A stretch of 64,000 nt of DNA from a bacterium (GTDB taxonomy: Bacteria > Zhuqueibacterota > Zhuqueibacteria > Oceanimicrobiales > Oceanimicrobiaceae), in NCBI GenBank assembly GCA_046757165.1, contig JBHHXT010000004.1, forward strand, positions 1 through 64,000, read 5' to 3'. Within the stretch, counting starts at the first letter, position 1. Each line of letters starts with the position of its first letter. The notes beneath the pieces were generated by a model. The model ran no database searches. It was not told the origin of the DNA and saw only the letters and a list, made by a program, of their open reading frames with translations. This document shows positions 40,262-52,500 of the stretch, piece by piece. A program made the translations under genes and the position numbers.

Positions 40262-40876
40262 CTAGGAATCCACCTTGACAACAGGTTTCGGAACCTCTCC
40301 GGCTGGAGGAATGACCTTAACGGTTTCAGATCTCCTTGCTCGCTTCCGAGTTTTCAACTCTATCTCTTTTAGCATCGGGATGGTCAAATGGAAATCCAGT
40401 CCCGAACCAGGCTTACCCTTCACCCAAATATTGCCACCCGCACTCCGGATGAAATCTTTGCAGGTCGAGAGTGTGAATCTGTTCATTGGCGGCCGCCTGC
40501 AGGCCAGGGAATCATTCATCTGTTGCAACCGATCCGATATGGCTTGCAACATCTCCTGCGAAAGTCCACGCCCGCAGATGCGAATGCTTACTTTGACAAA
40601 ATCACGGGCATCATTGTGGCGATTGCCTCTGATTCTTTTTTGTTCAACTAAGACCCTGCCTTGGTTGCCAGCTATCTTGACGGCATAGTAAAATAGCCGC
40701 CGCAGAACCTCGATCAGCTTCCGCCGGTTCGAACAGACATAATGAATAACCTTTGGAGACCTGTAGTCCAGAATTGTGTTTTGTCGGTCACAACGTGGAA
40801 CAATTGCGCCAACCGCCGATATAATTGTCCGGTTGAGCTGCACTCTGGAACAGTGGCCCACTTTACCTTTAGTCAT
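40262..40876 (-). CDS. Stand-alone degenerate HATPase_c-like protein
   Basis: Box layout LFYYAVK / IRICGRGL / FTLSTCK..GGNIWV..PGSGLDFHLTIP. Start uncertain (ORF extends to 41002). Confidence 0.5.
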   Translation of the reverse strand: MTKGKVGHCSRVQLNRTIISAVGAIVPRCDRQNTILDYRSPKVIHYVCSNRRKLIEVLRRLFYYAVKIAGNQGRVLVEQKRIRGNRHNDARDFVKVSIRICGRGLSQEMLQAISDRLQQMNDSLACRRPPMNRFTLSTCKDFIRSAGGNIWVKGKPGSGLDFHLTIPMLKEIELKTRKRARRSETVKVIPPAGEVPKPVVKVDS

Positions 40877-41008
40877 GGAAAGCAAATGGTTTGGATTTGT
40901 GAAAATCGAGAAAGTGAACACCCTCATTATCGGAATAGACAAGAGACTCTTAAGGTTAAATAATTGTTGTTTGATTTTTCCTTGCTGATTCGATAAATTC
41001 AAAACCTT

Positions 41009-42571
41009 ATGCGTTTCTTCGAAAAAAAGAACGTTCGTTTACAGTTGCTGATCAGCCTGGCATTCTCGTCCGAGCTGCTCTACTTGCTCATTGCTTCAAT
41101 CAACAATCTGAGAGGGCACATCCCGCTATTTCTCCTGAGCTACGGCGCCATTTTTGGGCTCTATTGGCTCTCCAGCATGGTTTTTTTCCGCAAGATGACA
41201 CCAACAACTTTTGGCAGCAGAGCTTCCAGGCTGTTCAAGAACAAGAAGCCGTTCGGCTGGTTGAATGATTTTGTTGCAAAACAAAAGTCTCAGGAGCATC
41301 TCCGGCCTCAGGAGGTGCTGACCATCGGAATCGTCTTTGGGGTGATTTTCAGAGTGACGCTGCTCTTTACCACGCCGACGCTCTCCGATGACATCTACCG
41401 CTACATCTGGGATGGCAAAGTCGCCTCACATGGTATCAATCCGTACGATTATCCACCGCAGGCAGAGGAACTGGCTTCATTGCGCGACACCGAAATCTAT
41501 CCTTTTGTCAGTCACAAGGAGATTCCGACCATCTATCCCCCGGTCACACAGTTGACGTTTCTGGGGTTGTACAAGCTCAATGCCTCGGTTCTAAGCTTTA
41601 AAGCCGGCTTCTTTGTGCTGGATCTGCTGACGATGGCTGTGCTTTACTTCATTCTCCGCTCGCTGGCCCTAGACCGGGCCCGGCTGCTGATCTACGTTTG
41701 GAATCCGTTAGTCATTGTGGAGTTTGCAGGCAGCGGTCACGCGGACATCATCGGCATCTTCTTACTCACTGTCGTCTGCTACTTTGTCATTAAGAAGAAG
41801 TTGCTGCGCGCAAATCTAGTGCTCGTGCTATCTTTCTTGACCAAATTCATTGCGCTGATGCTGTTGCCGGTGTTGACCTTTCTAAAGAAGGAAGGCAAAC
41901 TTGTCATGCCAATTCTGTTCATCGTATTTGCCGCTCTTCTTTATCTGCCCTACGCCGAGACCGGTGAGAAACTGCTCGCTGGCCTGTCTGTCTACACCGC
42001 GAAATGGGAGTACAACAGTTCGATCTTTACGTTGCTCGAGACCGGCATCAGATCTGTTCTTCCCGAGCCGTGGATCGTGCGGTTCATGGTCGCCCCCAGG
42101 GGACTCGTGGCCACGCCAGAGACGCTGGACACAATGGGTAAGGACCTGGCGCTGCTTCTTTCCAAGTTGGCCATCTTGCTGACTTTTTCGGGGGTCCTCC
42201 TTTATTTTCTGGTCAGGTTGAAAAAAGACGTGAGGCGGGAAGGGGAGGTCTGGTTTTTCAGGCTGGGACTCATTCTTTTGGGGACCCTTTTTATTCTAAA
42301 CCCAACCGTGCACCCCTGGTATTTGTGTTGGTTGGTTCCCTTTCTGGTGGTGGTACCCAATCGCGCCTGGTTGCTGTTGACCGGCCTGGTCGCTCTATCC
42401 TACTGGATCCTCAACGACTACACTCGAACGGGCGTGTGGCAGGAATCCTTGTGGATCAAATATGCAGAATACCTGCCATTTTACACGCTGCTCATTTTCG
42501 ATGGCGTGCGCAATAAGATTCGCCCCAGAACCTTACCGGCTGCCCCGCTGAGTTGGAATCCAGACTATTGA
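41009..42571 (+). CDS. Integral membrane GT-C glycosyltransferase (GT87/DUF2029-like)
   Basis: LSDDIYRYIWDG, TIYPP, WNPL..E..GH.D and HPWY motifs; many TM helices. Confidence 0.8.
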   Translation: MRFFEKKNVRLQLLISLAFSSELLYLLIASINNLRGHIPLFLLSYGAIFGLYWLSSMVFFRKMTPTTFGSRASRLFKNKKPFGWLNDFVAKQKSQEHLRPQEVLTIGIVFGVIFRVTLLFTTPTLSDDIYRYIWDGKVASHGINPYDYPPQAEELASLRDTEIYPFVSHKEIPTIYPPVTQLTFLGLYKLNASVLSFKAGFFVLDLLTMAVLYFILRSLALDRARLLIYVWNPLVIVEFAGSGHADIIGIFLLTVVCYFVIKKKLLRANLVLVLSFLTKFIALMLLPVLTFLKKEGKLVMPILFIVFAALLYLPYAETGEKLLAGLSVYTAKWEYNSSIFTLLETGIRSVLPEPWIVRFMVAPRGLVATPETLDTMGKDLALLLSKLAILLTFSGVLLYFLVRLKKDVRREGEVWFFRLGLILLGTLFILNPTVHPWYLCWLVPFLVVVPNRAWLLLTGLVALSYWILNDYTRTGVWQESLWIKYAEYLPFYTLLIFDGVRNKIRPRTLPAAPLSWNPDY

Positions 42572-44184
42572 ATGAGAAATCCTGCAATGGTGGCGGTCAT
42601 CCAGCTCGCCAAAGCGCCCCCGAACATCGCTTTCAACCCGACCCTGGCCAGGTCTTTTCGACGGTTCGGCGCAAGCGCACCAATGCCCCCGATTTGAATG
42701 CCGATCGAAGCAAAATTAGCAAACCCGCACAAGGCATAGGTGGAGATTACCACAGAGCGCGGCGAAAGGGTGCCGGCGGAAATGTGGTTGCCAAGGGTTC
42801 CGTACGCCACAAACTCATTGACGGCCAATTTCAAGCCCAGAAGGTTGCCGACTTCGACGGTGTCCTTCCACGGCGTGCCCATGACAAAAGCCACATACCG
42901 CAACGCGTTGCCAAACAACGTTTTCAAACTGCCGGGAAAGATGCCGGAGTATTCGCCTTTGACCGGCGAAAAAGGATTCTCGCCAGTCTTCACCCAAACA
43001 CCCCCAAGCAACCGGCCGTCGATCAGGCTGTCGGCATAATTGAAGATAACATCCAAAAGGGCGACCAGGGCAATAAAGCCGAGCAACATGGCCCCCACGT
43101 TGACCGCCAGTTTGAGGCCATCGGTGATTCCCGTGGAGGTTGCCTCCAACAAATTGCTGGCCGTTTTGACTTTGGGGATTTCAACATCCCCCGCGGTCTT
43201 GGAATGCGTGGTTTCCGGGTAGATGATTTTGCCCATGACCAGGGCCGCAGGCGCTGACATGACACTGGCCGCAATCAAATGTCCGGGATCGACACCCATA
43301 CGGATATAGCCCGCCAACACCCCGCCTGCAATGGTGGCAAACCCACCGACCATGACCGTCGCCAGCTCAGATACGGTCATATCGCTTAGAAAGGGTTTGA
43401 TCAGCAACGGTGCCTCCGTCTGGCCAACAAAGACGTTGGACGTACAGGAGAGCGTCTCAGCGCCGCTCGTCCCTAGCGTCCAGCGCATGAACCTTGCCAT
43501 GACCTGCACAACAACCTGAATAACGCCGAGATAGTAGAGAATGGACATGAACGCGGCAAAGAAGATGATTGTCGGCAAGACTGAAAACGCAAACTGAAAA
43601 CCGAACTGCTGAGCGTATTCGGCTTTGATCAAATTGCCGAAAAGGAAGCCGCTGCCAAAGTCGGTCAGTCTCAAAAAACTATCTACCTTCGAACTCAATG
43701 ACTCAAAAATGATCTTGCCATAAATCTGCCGAGATGCCATGATTCCAAAACCAACCGATAAGAACATGGCGATCGAAATCCGCCGCAGGCGACTGCTTTT
43801 TGCGTAAAAGCCCCAACCGATGACCAAAGCAGACACCACCAGCACGGGCACTGAAATGCCGGGGACATCCAACCACGAGGACAACGCCACCATAAGACCT
43901 GATGCCACCACAATCACGGCTCCGACCATGGCTTGCCTGGCCACCCCTCCGTATTGGGCCATTTCTTCGGTAAAAATAAACAGCAGGATCATAGAATGTA
44001 AAACGAACATGCCGACAAGGGAATGAGACTGCTCGCCAAGAACAATCAACGCAAAAAGCAGTTGCAATCCCAACCCCCAGATGATTATCCGGGGACGGAT
44101 TTTGGATTTGTTGTCAGACATGAGCCAGGCAAGTCCGAGCAAAGATAGCAAGCCGACCAGGCTAATCAATCTCTCCAGTGCCAT
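42565..44184 (-). CDS. nupC: Concentrative nucleoside transporter (CNT/NupC family)
   Basis: FVGQTEAP, GFATIAGG, NEFVAY and LCGFANFASIGI motifs. Confidence 0.93.
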   Translation of the reverse strand: MALERLISLVGLLSLLGLAWLMSDNKSKIRPRIIIWGLGLQLLFALIVLGEQSHSLVGMFVLHSMILLFIFTEEMAQYGGVARQAMVGAVIVVASGLMVALSSWLDVPGISVPVLVVSALVIGWGFYAKSSRLRRISIAMFLSVGFGIMASRQIYGKIIFESLSSKVDSFLRLTDFGSGFLFGNLIKAEYAQQFGFQFAFSVLPTIIFFAAFMSILYYLGVIQVVVQVMARFMRWTLGTSGAETLSCTSNVFVGQTEAPLLIKPFLSDMTVSELATVMVGGFATIAGGVLAGYIRMGVDPGHLIAASVMSAPAALVMGKIIYPETTHSKTAGDVEIPKVKTASNLLEATSTGITDGLKLAVNVGAMLLGFIALVALLDVIFNYADSLIDGRLLGGVWVKTGENPFSPVKGEYSGIFPGSLKTLFGNALRYVAFVMGTPWKDTVEVGNLLGLKLAVNEFVAYGTLGNHISAGTLSPRSVVISTYALCGFANFASIGIQIGGIGALAPNRRKDLARVGLKAMFGGALASWMTATIAGFLIQ

Positions 44185-44207
44185 TCCTCCCTCCTTCTTT
44201 CTTAGTG

Positions 44208-44780
44208 TTAGTTATCCATTTCTTCCGGCGGTTCGTAGCAGCTCCGGCACCGCGCTTCGTAGGCGTCCAGGGCGCCGACAAGCACTCTGTCTTTGTCGGG
44301 AACGATTCTCTGAGTCTTATTGGCGGGGTTGCCACAGACGACACAAATCGCGAGTGTCTTGGTGACGTACTCGGCAACGGCCAACATTTGCGGCATGGGT
44401 TCAAACGGCACGCCGCGGTAGTCCTGATCCAAGCCGGCAACGATGACGCGCTTGCCCTGGCCGGCAAGCTTCTCGCAGACCTCCACGATCTCAGGTCCAA
44501 AAAACTGACCTTCGTCTATGGCAACCACTTTTGCGTCTCCGGCCTGCTCCAGAATCTCCGCGGCTCCGGTCACCGTCGTCGACGGAAACCGCTGTTCGCT
44601 ATGGGACACGATAAAATCCTTCGCAAAGCGGGTGTCCACTTTGGGCTTGAAGATAGCCACCTTCTGCCGGGCAATCTGCGCCCGCCGCAGCCGGCGAATC
44701 AACTCCTCTGTCTTACCGCTGAACATACTCCCGACGATCACTTCTATCCAGCCCGAATCTCTTCTGACGACGCTTAGCAT
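44208..44780 (-). CDS. tdk: Thymidine kinase
   Basis: [25 protein letters not shown] motifs. Confidence 0.97.
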   Translation of the reverse strand: MLSVVRRDSGWIEVIVGSMFSGKTEELIRRLRRAQIARQKVAIFKPKVDTRFAKDFIVSHSEQRFPSTTVTGAAEILEQAGDAKVVAIDEGQFFGPEIVEVCEKLAGQGKRVIVAGLDQDYRGVPFEPMPQMLAVAEYVTKTLAICVVCGNPANKTQRIVPDKDRVLVGALDAYEARCRSCYEPPEEMDN

Positions 44781-44809
44781 GCTTGATTTTCTCCTCCATA
44801 ATGGTGAAG

Positions 44810-45439
44810 CTACTCCCGCTCGCGCAGAAGCGCCTCGATCTTGGTCTTGATCAAATCAATCGCGACCTTGTTGTAGCCGCCTTCCGGCACGATGAGATCG
44901 GCGTACCGCTTCGAGGGTTCGACAAATTGCAAATGCATCGGCCGGACACTCGCTTCGTACTGCTGAATGACAGACTCTATGGTGCGTCCTCGCTCCAGCA
45001 TGTCTCGTTTTACACGTCGGATAAAACGAATGTCCGCATCGGTATCCACATAAATCTTGATATCCATGAGGGCGCGCAGCTCGGGGTTGTCAAAAATCAG
45101 AATGCCTTCCAGCACGATAATGGAGTGCGGCCCAATCGTCTTGAATCGATTGGGCCGTGTGTGTGTGACAAAGTCATAGATGGGCTGACGGATAGTCTCG
45201 CCACGCAGCAGCGCTTTGAGCTGCTCGACCATCAGCTCTGTATCGATCGCATCCGGGTGGTCGAAGTTCTGCTCATGGCGTTGTGGCTCACTCAGGTGGC
45301 TCAGATCCTTGTAGTAAGAATCCTGGCAAATCCGCACGACTTTCTCGGAGCCTAACTCGGAGTATATGTTCTTGGCAACAAGGGTTTTGCCGGAGCCTGT
45401 GCCCCCCGCGATACCGATCAAAATACCTCTTTCAGACAA
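44810..45439 (-). CDS. udk: Uridine kinase
   Basis: [20 protein letters not shown] and EGIL motifs. Confidence 0.96.
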   Translation of the reverse strand: MSERGILIGIAGGTGSGKTLVAKNIYSELGSEKVVRICQDSYYKDLSHLSEPQRHEQNFDHPDAIDTELMVEQLKALLRGETIRQPIYDFVTHTRPNRFKTIGPHSIIVLEGILIFDNPELRALMDIKIYVDTDADIRFIRRVKRDMLERGRTIESVIQQYEASVRPMHLQFVEPSKRYADLIVPEGGYNKVAIDLIKTKIEALLRERE

Positions 45440-45476
45440 GATCTACCCCTCCCACTTTAGCTGAAATAGTTGGGAC

Positions 45477-45896
45477 TTATTTCGGTGTTCGCAGTTCAGC
45501 CAAAAAGCTTTGGTTAAATGCCTCGGGAAGCAGTTTCGTGATCGTGGTCTCCTTGGTTTTGCCATGCACGTTGACAAGCGTGACCTTGATGTCGGGGGCA
45601 AAGTCAGTCAGCACTTGGCGGCAGGCACCGCAGGGCGGGCAAAAGGTCTCGGTCCTTGCGGCCACCACAATCCAGGTAAACTCTCGCACGCCTTCGGAAA
45701 GCGCCTTGAACAGGGCGACCCGCTCAGCACATATAGTCAGCCCGTATGAGCTCACTTCAATGTTGCAGCCACTATAGATCTCGCCTGTGCTGGTTTGCAC
45801 CGCAGCGCCAACCGCAAAGTTCGAATACGGCGTGTAGGCGAACTCGAGCGCCGCCATTGCCCGCCTGACAAGTTCAGAATCCTGATTGATGCTCAT
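45477..45896 (-). CDS. cdd: Cytidine deaminase (tetrameric type)
   Basis: PYSNFAVGA, CAE and PCGACRQ motifs. Confidence 0.96.
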   Translation of the reverse strand: MSINQDSELVRRAMAALEFAYTPYSNFAVGAAVQTSTGEIYSGCNIEVSSYGLTICAERVALFKALSEGVREFTWIVVAARTETFCPPCGACRQVLTDFAPDIKVTLVNVHGKTKETTITKLLPEAFNQSFLAELRTPK

Positions 45897-45924
45897 GATT
45901 AGATATCGGCAATATCGGCAACAG

Positions 45925-45957
45925 AAAAAAAATCCGAGAAAATCTTCTCGGATTTTT
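45925..45957 (-). terminator. Bidirectional-type intrinsic terminator after ssb
   Basis: AAAAAAAATCCGAGAA-aatc-TTCTCGGATTTTT. Confidence 0.75.
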
Positions 45958-46018
45958 CACATACGTGACTCGGTGTAACAATCATTTCTCGACATGCTAC
46001 AGCTAAAGACCTGTGAGA

Positions 46019-46462
46019 TTAGAACGGCAGGTCATCTTCTTCGGTCGTCTCTCTCGGCGATGGCGGTGGCGCCTCGGTGTCAGAAAGCGGCGGGGGTGTT
46101 GGAGGACGTCCGCCGTCGGATTTGCTATCTAACATGGTCAAGACATCTCCAACGACTTCCGTTGTGTAGCGCTTAATTCCATCCTTGTCCTCCCAGGAGC
46201 GTGTTTGCAGACGCCCCTCAATGTACACTTTGCTGCCCTTCTTCAGGTACTCTCCTGCCACTTCAGCTTGACGCCGCCAGAGAACGACGCGGTGCCACTC
46301 GGTCCGTTCCTGCCTGTTCCCCTGGTCATCTTTCCACATTTCGTTGGTGGCAACGCTTACCGTTGTCACGGCTGCCCCACTTGGTGTGTACTTCAGCTCG
46401 GGATCGGCACCCAGATTGCCGATCAGAATAACTTTGTTGACACTACCCTTTCCTATAGCCAT
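46019..46462 (-). CDS. ssb: Single-stranded DNA-binding protein
   Basis: [16 protein letters not shown]-terminal DDLPF. Confidence 0.98.
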   Translation of the reverse strand: MAIGKGSVNKVILIGNLGADPELKYTPSGAAVTTVSVATNEMWKDDQGNRQERTEWHRVVLWRRQAEVAGEYLKKGSKVYIEGRLQTRSWEDKDGIKRYTTEVVGDVLTMLDSKSDGGRPPTPPPLSDTEAPPPSPRETTEEDDLPF

Positions 46463-46506
46463 AGCACACCCTCCTTTACGTTTGACACAAATCAACCCAT
46501 TTTTTC

Positions 46507-46535
46507 ATCGTAGCAATAATTACTAATTTTGTCAA
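46507..46535 (-). promoter_or_regulatory. sigma70-type promoter for ssb
   Basis: TTGACA-17 nt-TACGAT. Confidence 0.6.
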
Positions 46536-46585
46536 GTTTTTTTTTGAGGGCATGCAACCGCCACAGGTCTGACGACAGCCAAATT

Positions 46586-49500
46586 CTATTTCTGTAAAAC
46601 AATGCGGTGATTAAATCGCCTGCCGCTGGCCTCCATGCGAACGAAATAGACGCCGCTTCCAACCGAGCTGCCAAGATTGTCCCTTCCCGACCACCGCATC
46701 TTCTTTAATCCCGCCTCCTGCCAACCGTCGGCCAAAGTCCGCACCAACTGCCCCCGCACGTTGAAGATTTGCAATTTAACTCTGGTGGCTCGTGGCAAGG
46801 CATAAGCAATCGTCGCTTCCGCATTAAAAGGATTCGGATAGGCCGGCCTCAAAGTCAGCTCTTGTGGCACATGCGCAGAACCACCGGCGCTGGCATTCAA
46901 GACAAGCTGCTCATCTTCATGGCGCTTGTTTGATGACGGCAAAATCTCGACAACCAATTCCGGCGGGATCACGCCCTCTTTCGTCCGGTACCTCACCTGG
47001 TCGCCCGAGGTCGTTTTGAGACAAAAGCTGTACGTGCCATTTCCAGTGACAGCGTCGGTCACCTCGAATTCCACGAACGTGTCTGGAGCAACAGAACCAA
47101 CTGCGCTCAAGGCAGAACTTGCGGCTTCAGGTGCGTTGGTGGCGTTTAGCAGCTCCTCTGTCCACGGCTGCTCGCTGGTGGCGAAATCATTTGAGGCCAG
47201 GAAGATTGCACCGCCATTATTCCCCCCATCTGTGACGCCATCGCCGACCCGCAGCCGCACGAAGGCACGGCTTACCGCGCCATTGAGTCCGCTCACGGCA
47301 AACTTGAGGTACATCTGAAATCTCTTCTTGGCAACTTTAGCCGAGGTTTTGTCTCCGTAGTTTTTCATCGGCCTTGTCAGTTTGATTTGGCCGTCATCGG
47401 TCGGAATGAACACAAATGTGCCTGCCCCACCGCTAGCTGGAGTGACTTCAACCTTGACGGTCGCTGCATTTGACGAGGCACCTTCATTGTCGCTCACAAC
47501 GTATTGTAGCGAATCCAGGCCGTCAAATCCGTCGTTGGGGGTGTAGGTGATGACCCCGGGACTGCCGTTCTGCATCACGGTTCCGTTGATTGGCGCCTTG
47601 ACAATGACCACGCTGGTCAGGTCGAGGGTTCCGTCACTATCGCTGTCGTTGGTGGTAACGTCGATGGCAACAGCCGTACCGGCAGTGGTCGAGGCGCTAT
47701 CGTTGCGAGCGACCGGCGGCTGGTTTGTGACGCCACCACTCGTTCCGGCTTCAACGATCAGCTCCGGTGGCGTGGCGCCCTCCTTGGTGTGGTAGCGCAC
47801 CGCGTCGCTCGAGGTGCCCATCAGACAGAAGCTGTAAATCCCGTTGCCGCTCACGGCCCGGCTCACGTCAAACTCGACGACTTCGTCTGGCGAAACACGG
47901 CCTAACGTTGCCAGGGTCTCACTCAGGACTTCCGGTGCGTTCAGAGCGGTCAGCTCGTTTTCATTCCACGGTTCGCCGGAACCGACAAAACGATTCGACG
48001 CCAGGAAAATCGTTCCACCAGACTTTCCACCATGCGTACTGCCGCTGCTGACCTCGAGACGCAGACGGACACGTTCAACCTTGCCGGTCACGCCGGTGAC
48101 GCTGAACTTGTAGTACGAGGTATACTTGTGAAGCTTCACTTTTGAGGTACTTTTCGTGCCATAGTTTCTATCGAAGTTTGGCAATCGCACCTGCCCATCG
48201 TCTGTTGGCTGAAAAGTGAGCGTCTGTGGTTGGCTGCTCTCCGTTACCCTGATGATAACGGTGGCGGGATTGGACGGCAAGCCACGGTTGTCTGCGACCT
48301 GATATTTCAATCTATCCCGGCCAAGAAATCCCGCATTGGGGACGTAAACGACCCTGCCGGCCGCAATTGTGGCTGAGCCGTTTAGCGGCGGCGCCACGAT
48401 GGTCAGACTCGTCGAATCCAATGCGCCGTCGCTGTCACTGTCGTTTGCCAGAACATCGATCTCAACCGGCGTATCCAGGGGCGTCGTGGTGGTATCATTG
48501 AGGGCCAGCGGAGGCTGGTTTGTCGCGGCCACAATAATGATGATGACTTTGGCCCCATTTGAAACGGCGCCGTCGTTGTCGCTGACCGTATAGTGAAACG
48601 CATCCGCGCCGGAAAAGCCGGCGGCAGGTGTGTACCTCACTTTGCCAGAGCTGCCAATTACCACTGCTTGCCCACTCAGCGCCGGCGTGATGACGGCAAC
48701 GGTGGAGAGATCCAGCGAACCGTCAGCGTCGCTGTCGTTGGCCGTCACCTCGATATCGACGGCGCTGCCTGATGGTGTGGTTACCGTGTCATCAACGGCG
48801 ACAGGGGCATCATTCCTGCTGGCGCCTGCACCGGTTTCGACGATGAGCTCCGGCGGTGTGGCGCCTTCTTTGGTGTAATACCTCACCTGATCACCCAACA
48901 ACGTGGTCAGGCAGAAACTGTAGACCCCATTGCCACTCACGGCCCCGGTTACATCGAATTCGACAACTTCGCCGGGCGCAACCGCCCCCAGTGTACTCAA
49001 GACAGCGCTGGTGACTTCCGGGGCATTTTGGCCGTTCAAGCGGAGTTCGTTCCAGGGCTCGTTGGTGCCGGAAAAGGTGTTTGCCGCAGAAAGAATAGAG
49101 CCACCCGAGTCCGCCCCATCGCTGGCGCCGTCGGCTACTTTCAAACGCAATCGTGCACTGCGTACCGCCCCACGCACGCCGCTGACTGCGAACTTGAAAT
49201 AGGTTTTGAACTTGCCCGCCTTGACTTTTGCCGTGTTTTTCGTGCCATAGTTCTTGCCCAACAAGGTGAGCTTGATCTGGCCATCATCAGTGGGGGAGAA
49301 GCTGAGTGTTTCTTCGCTACCCCCGGGTGTGACCTCAATCAGGACGTTTGCACGGTTAGACACCAGGCCTGCGTCGTCCGCTACCGTGTAGGAGAAGGAA
49401 TCCGCGCCGGCAAAGTGCGGTGCCGGGACGTATGTCATCGTCCCGAGCGCGTGGTCCACACTCGCCGTTCCGTTTTGTGGTGAAGTGACAAGGACGACAG

Positions 49501-52500
49501 ACGAGGCATCGAGCGCGTTGTCGACATCGACGTCATTGGATAGGACGTGCAGTTCAATGGATACATTGGCCGCGGTCGTGGCCGAGTCGTCCCGAGCCAC
49601 GGGCGCGTCATTGACTGCGCTGACGGCTATGCGCACCGTGGCCGCATTCGAGGCCACAGACAGGTCATCTTTCACATGGTAAGCAAACGAATCCGGACCA
49701 AAGTAGTTGTTGAATGGTGTGTAGGTCATTTCTCCAGTTGACGAATCGAGCACAGCCGCGCCATGCTCCGGGCCAGCGAGCACGGTGACGCTCGAGGTCT
49801 CGAGCGTGCCGTCGGGATCGTGGTCATTGGCTATCACCGCAATCGCTACCGGCACATCCTCGGCAGTGGTCGCACTGTCGTCCGCGGCCACTGGCGGGTC
49901 ATTGGTCTTGATAATCCGAACGCGCACCACGGCTGTATTGGAGACCAGGCCGTCGTCGTCTGCTACGGTGTACGAAAAGAGATCCGATCCGCTGAGATTG
50001 AAGAACGGTTCGTACTGAATGGCACCGGTTGCGGTGTCAACGGTCGCGGTCCCCTGCGCCGGGAGGTCCACGATGGTCAACGATGCCAGGTCCAGTTGGC
50101 CATCTACCTCGCGGTCATTCGCCGTCACCGGCACACTCACCGGGATGTTCTTTCTCGTCGTCACGGAATCATCTGCGGCGACCGGCGCATCATTGACGGG
50201 TGTCACGGTTAGCAGCACCGTCGCGGCGTTTGATTCCACGCCAAAATTATCCTTCACAATGTAAGTCAAAGAATCCTGTCCGAAGAAATTCAAATCCGGT
50301 GTGTATGTCATGCTTCCGGACAATGAGTCCCGAATGACAGAGCCGAATAGAGGGCGTGACAGAACCGTAACGCTGGTGGGCGCCAATGTTCCGTCCGGAT
50401 CGCTGTCGTTTGCCAACACGGAAACTGAGACGGGGGTATCTTCTGCCGTGGTCAGGGTGTCATTTTCTGCCACAGGAGCATCGTTCTGTTCTACGACGAC
50501 TACAGTGACCGTCGCCACATTTGAATCCAGGCCCTCATCGTCTGCAACCGTGTAGGTGAATGAATCAGAGCCCGAAAAGTTAGTGGCGGGCGTGTATCGA
50601 ATCGCTCCGGTCAGGACGTTCACTTCCGCAGTGCCGTTGTTCGGCAGGTCTACGAGGGTCACGGTGGCCAGGTCGAGGGTGCCGTCTGCGTCGTGGTCAT
50701 TGGCGGTAACATTGATGACGACCGGAGTTTCTTCGTTGGTCGTCGCCGCGTCGTTGCTTGCCACCGGCGGCTGGTTGTTGTCCCGCGGGCGCGTCAGGAG
50801 CACGAGCTTTGGCGCCTGCACACCTTCTTTTGAGCTGTACTGGGCTTTGTCCGGCAGCGTGTTGGAGATGCCGAAACTATAGGTCCCGTTTCCGACGACT
50901 CGGGTGGAGACGTCAAACTCGACGACAGTCAACACGTTCACCTTGCCCAGGGTGCTCAGCGGTGTGCCGCTGATGGCCGGTGCGTTTTCCCACGTCAGGA
51001 CCTCCTCATTCCAGGGTTCCCCGGCCGTGCGAAACTTGTTCGAAACCGGATAGATGGCTCCGCCGTCAGCGCTGCCATTCAGCACAAACATTTGAATCTT
51101 GGCATGGCGCACTTCGCCGTGCACACCTGTCACCTTGAATTTCAGATAACTATTGAAGAGGGGCTGCGCGTCAACCTTCAGCGAGGCTGAGGCGCCGTAG
51201 TTGTTCAGCGGCCGGGACGATTTCACCTGTGCGTCATCACTCGGTTCGAATGTGAGCGTGGTGGTGCCGTCGCCACCGATTTGTGAGAATGTTGCGGTGA
51301 CGAGTTTATCCCGATTCATGAAAATGCTGACCGGATTGTTTGTGCCGAACACGTCGCCACTCCAGCCGCTAAAGACAAAGCCTGAATCTGCCACGGCAGT
51401 CACCGTGACAACTGTGCGGTCTTTATGTTTGCCCTCCGGCGAATCGGGGGTCGCGACCACTTTGCCGCCGCCCACGGTTTCAATCGTTAGAACGAACTCC
51501 TTCACGAAAGTCGCAGTGACTGTTTTTTGCGCATCCAAAACCAGGGAATCCGGATTCGGGTGCCCGCTCATGTCGCTTCCCCAACCGTCAAAGGCATGTC
51601 CAGAATCGGGAATGGCATGCAAGTGGAGCACCGCAAGATTGCTGCTGTTGAAGCCCAAGCTGGTGACCACCACATCGCCCTCGGCAGAATTCGTCACGCT
51701 GAGGTCATAACGACCGCCATAGAGCCAGTCCGTCCAGCCGGCGTTTTTTCCCGGCCGTGATGGCTTCGGGGTCGAGAATGTTGCATGATAATAGTGGTTG
51801 ACAATATAGGGGAGCCAGATATCATCGTCCTCTGCCGGAAAGTCAGCGACGTTGTAGAGCCAATTGAAAGCGCGCAAGAGCGCCTTGTCTTGCCACTCCC
51901 AAACATCATACCCGGCGCGCCACAAGATGATGGCTTGCACAAGGGCACCTTGCAACCCTTCGTAAACGTAGTTTTCGTGCGGCGGCGGCCACGCAAACCC
52001 TCCGGCGCGGCGCTGGTCATCAGGTAATACCCCATCGACGTTGCGGCCGTTGAGGTTCGCCCCGGCAGGATTGATGCCGACCGGAGTGAGCGGATCTGCT
52101 TGCCAGTCCAACGCGCCAAACCTGAAGTCAGCATAGGCCTGCCGATCCCCCATGTACCCTTTGAAAACCAGGGCCGTACGCGCAATCTCGACCTTGTCGT
52201 CCAGATAGAAAGCGACCGCAGCACGGCTGGCGCCGCTTTGTGTTCCCCAATTGTTTGGCCGGTCTTCGTGTGTAGACCTCAGCGTCCGACCGTTGAGATC
52301 TTCGCTTAGAGCCTGTCTCAGCCAGGCACGAAAAATGGTATCCTTGGCCGCAGGCAGCCCCACCAAGTCCGCTGAAATGACATACGCTGCCAGCTCCCGC
52401 CCCAGCGCCAGAGAAGTCCCGCCCTGCTCGCTGCCAATCGCGGCCATACAGGCGTCGATGACCTGCAAGCGGTAGGACTCGATCCCGGTGCGGGCATAAA

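Noticed and set aside
45903..45920. ATATCGGCA tandem duplication upstream of cdd
   Set aside because: Only two 9-nt units, too short to support a functional call.
46900..51300. Repeats in the giant gene as a CRISPR array or DGR template
   Set aside because: They are diverged in-frame protein domain repeats. No constant repeat-spacer pattern was seen, and the window has no cas or reverse transcriptase gene.
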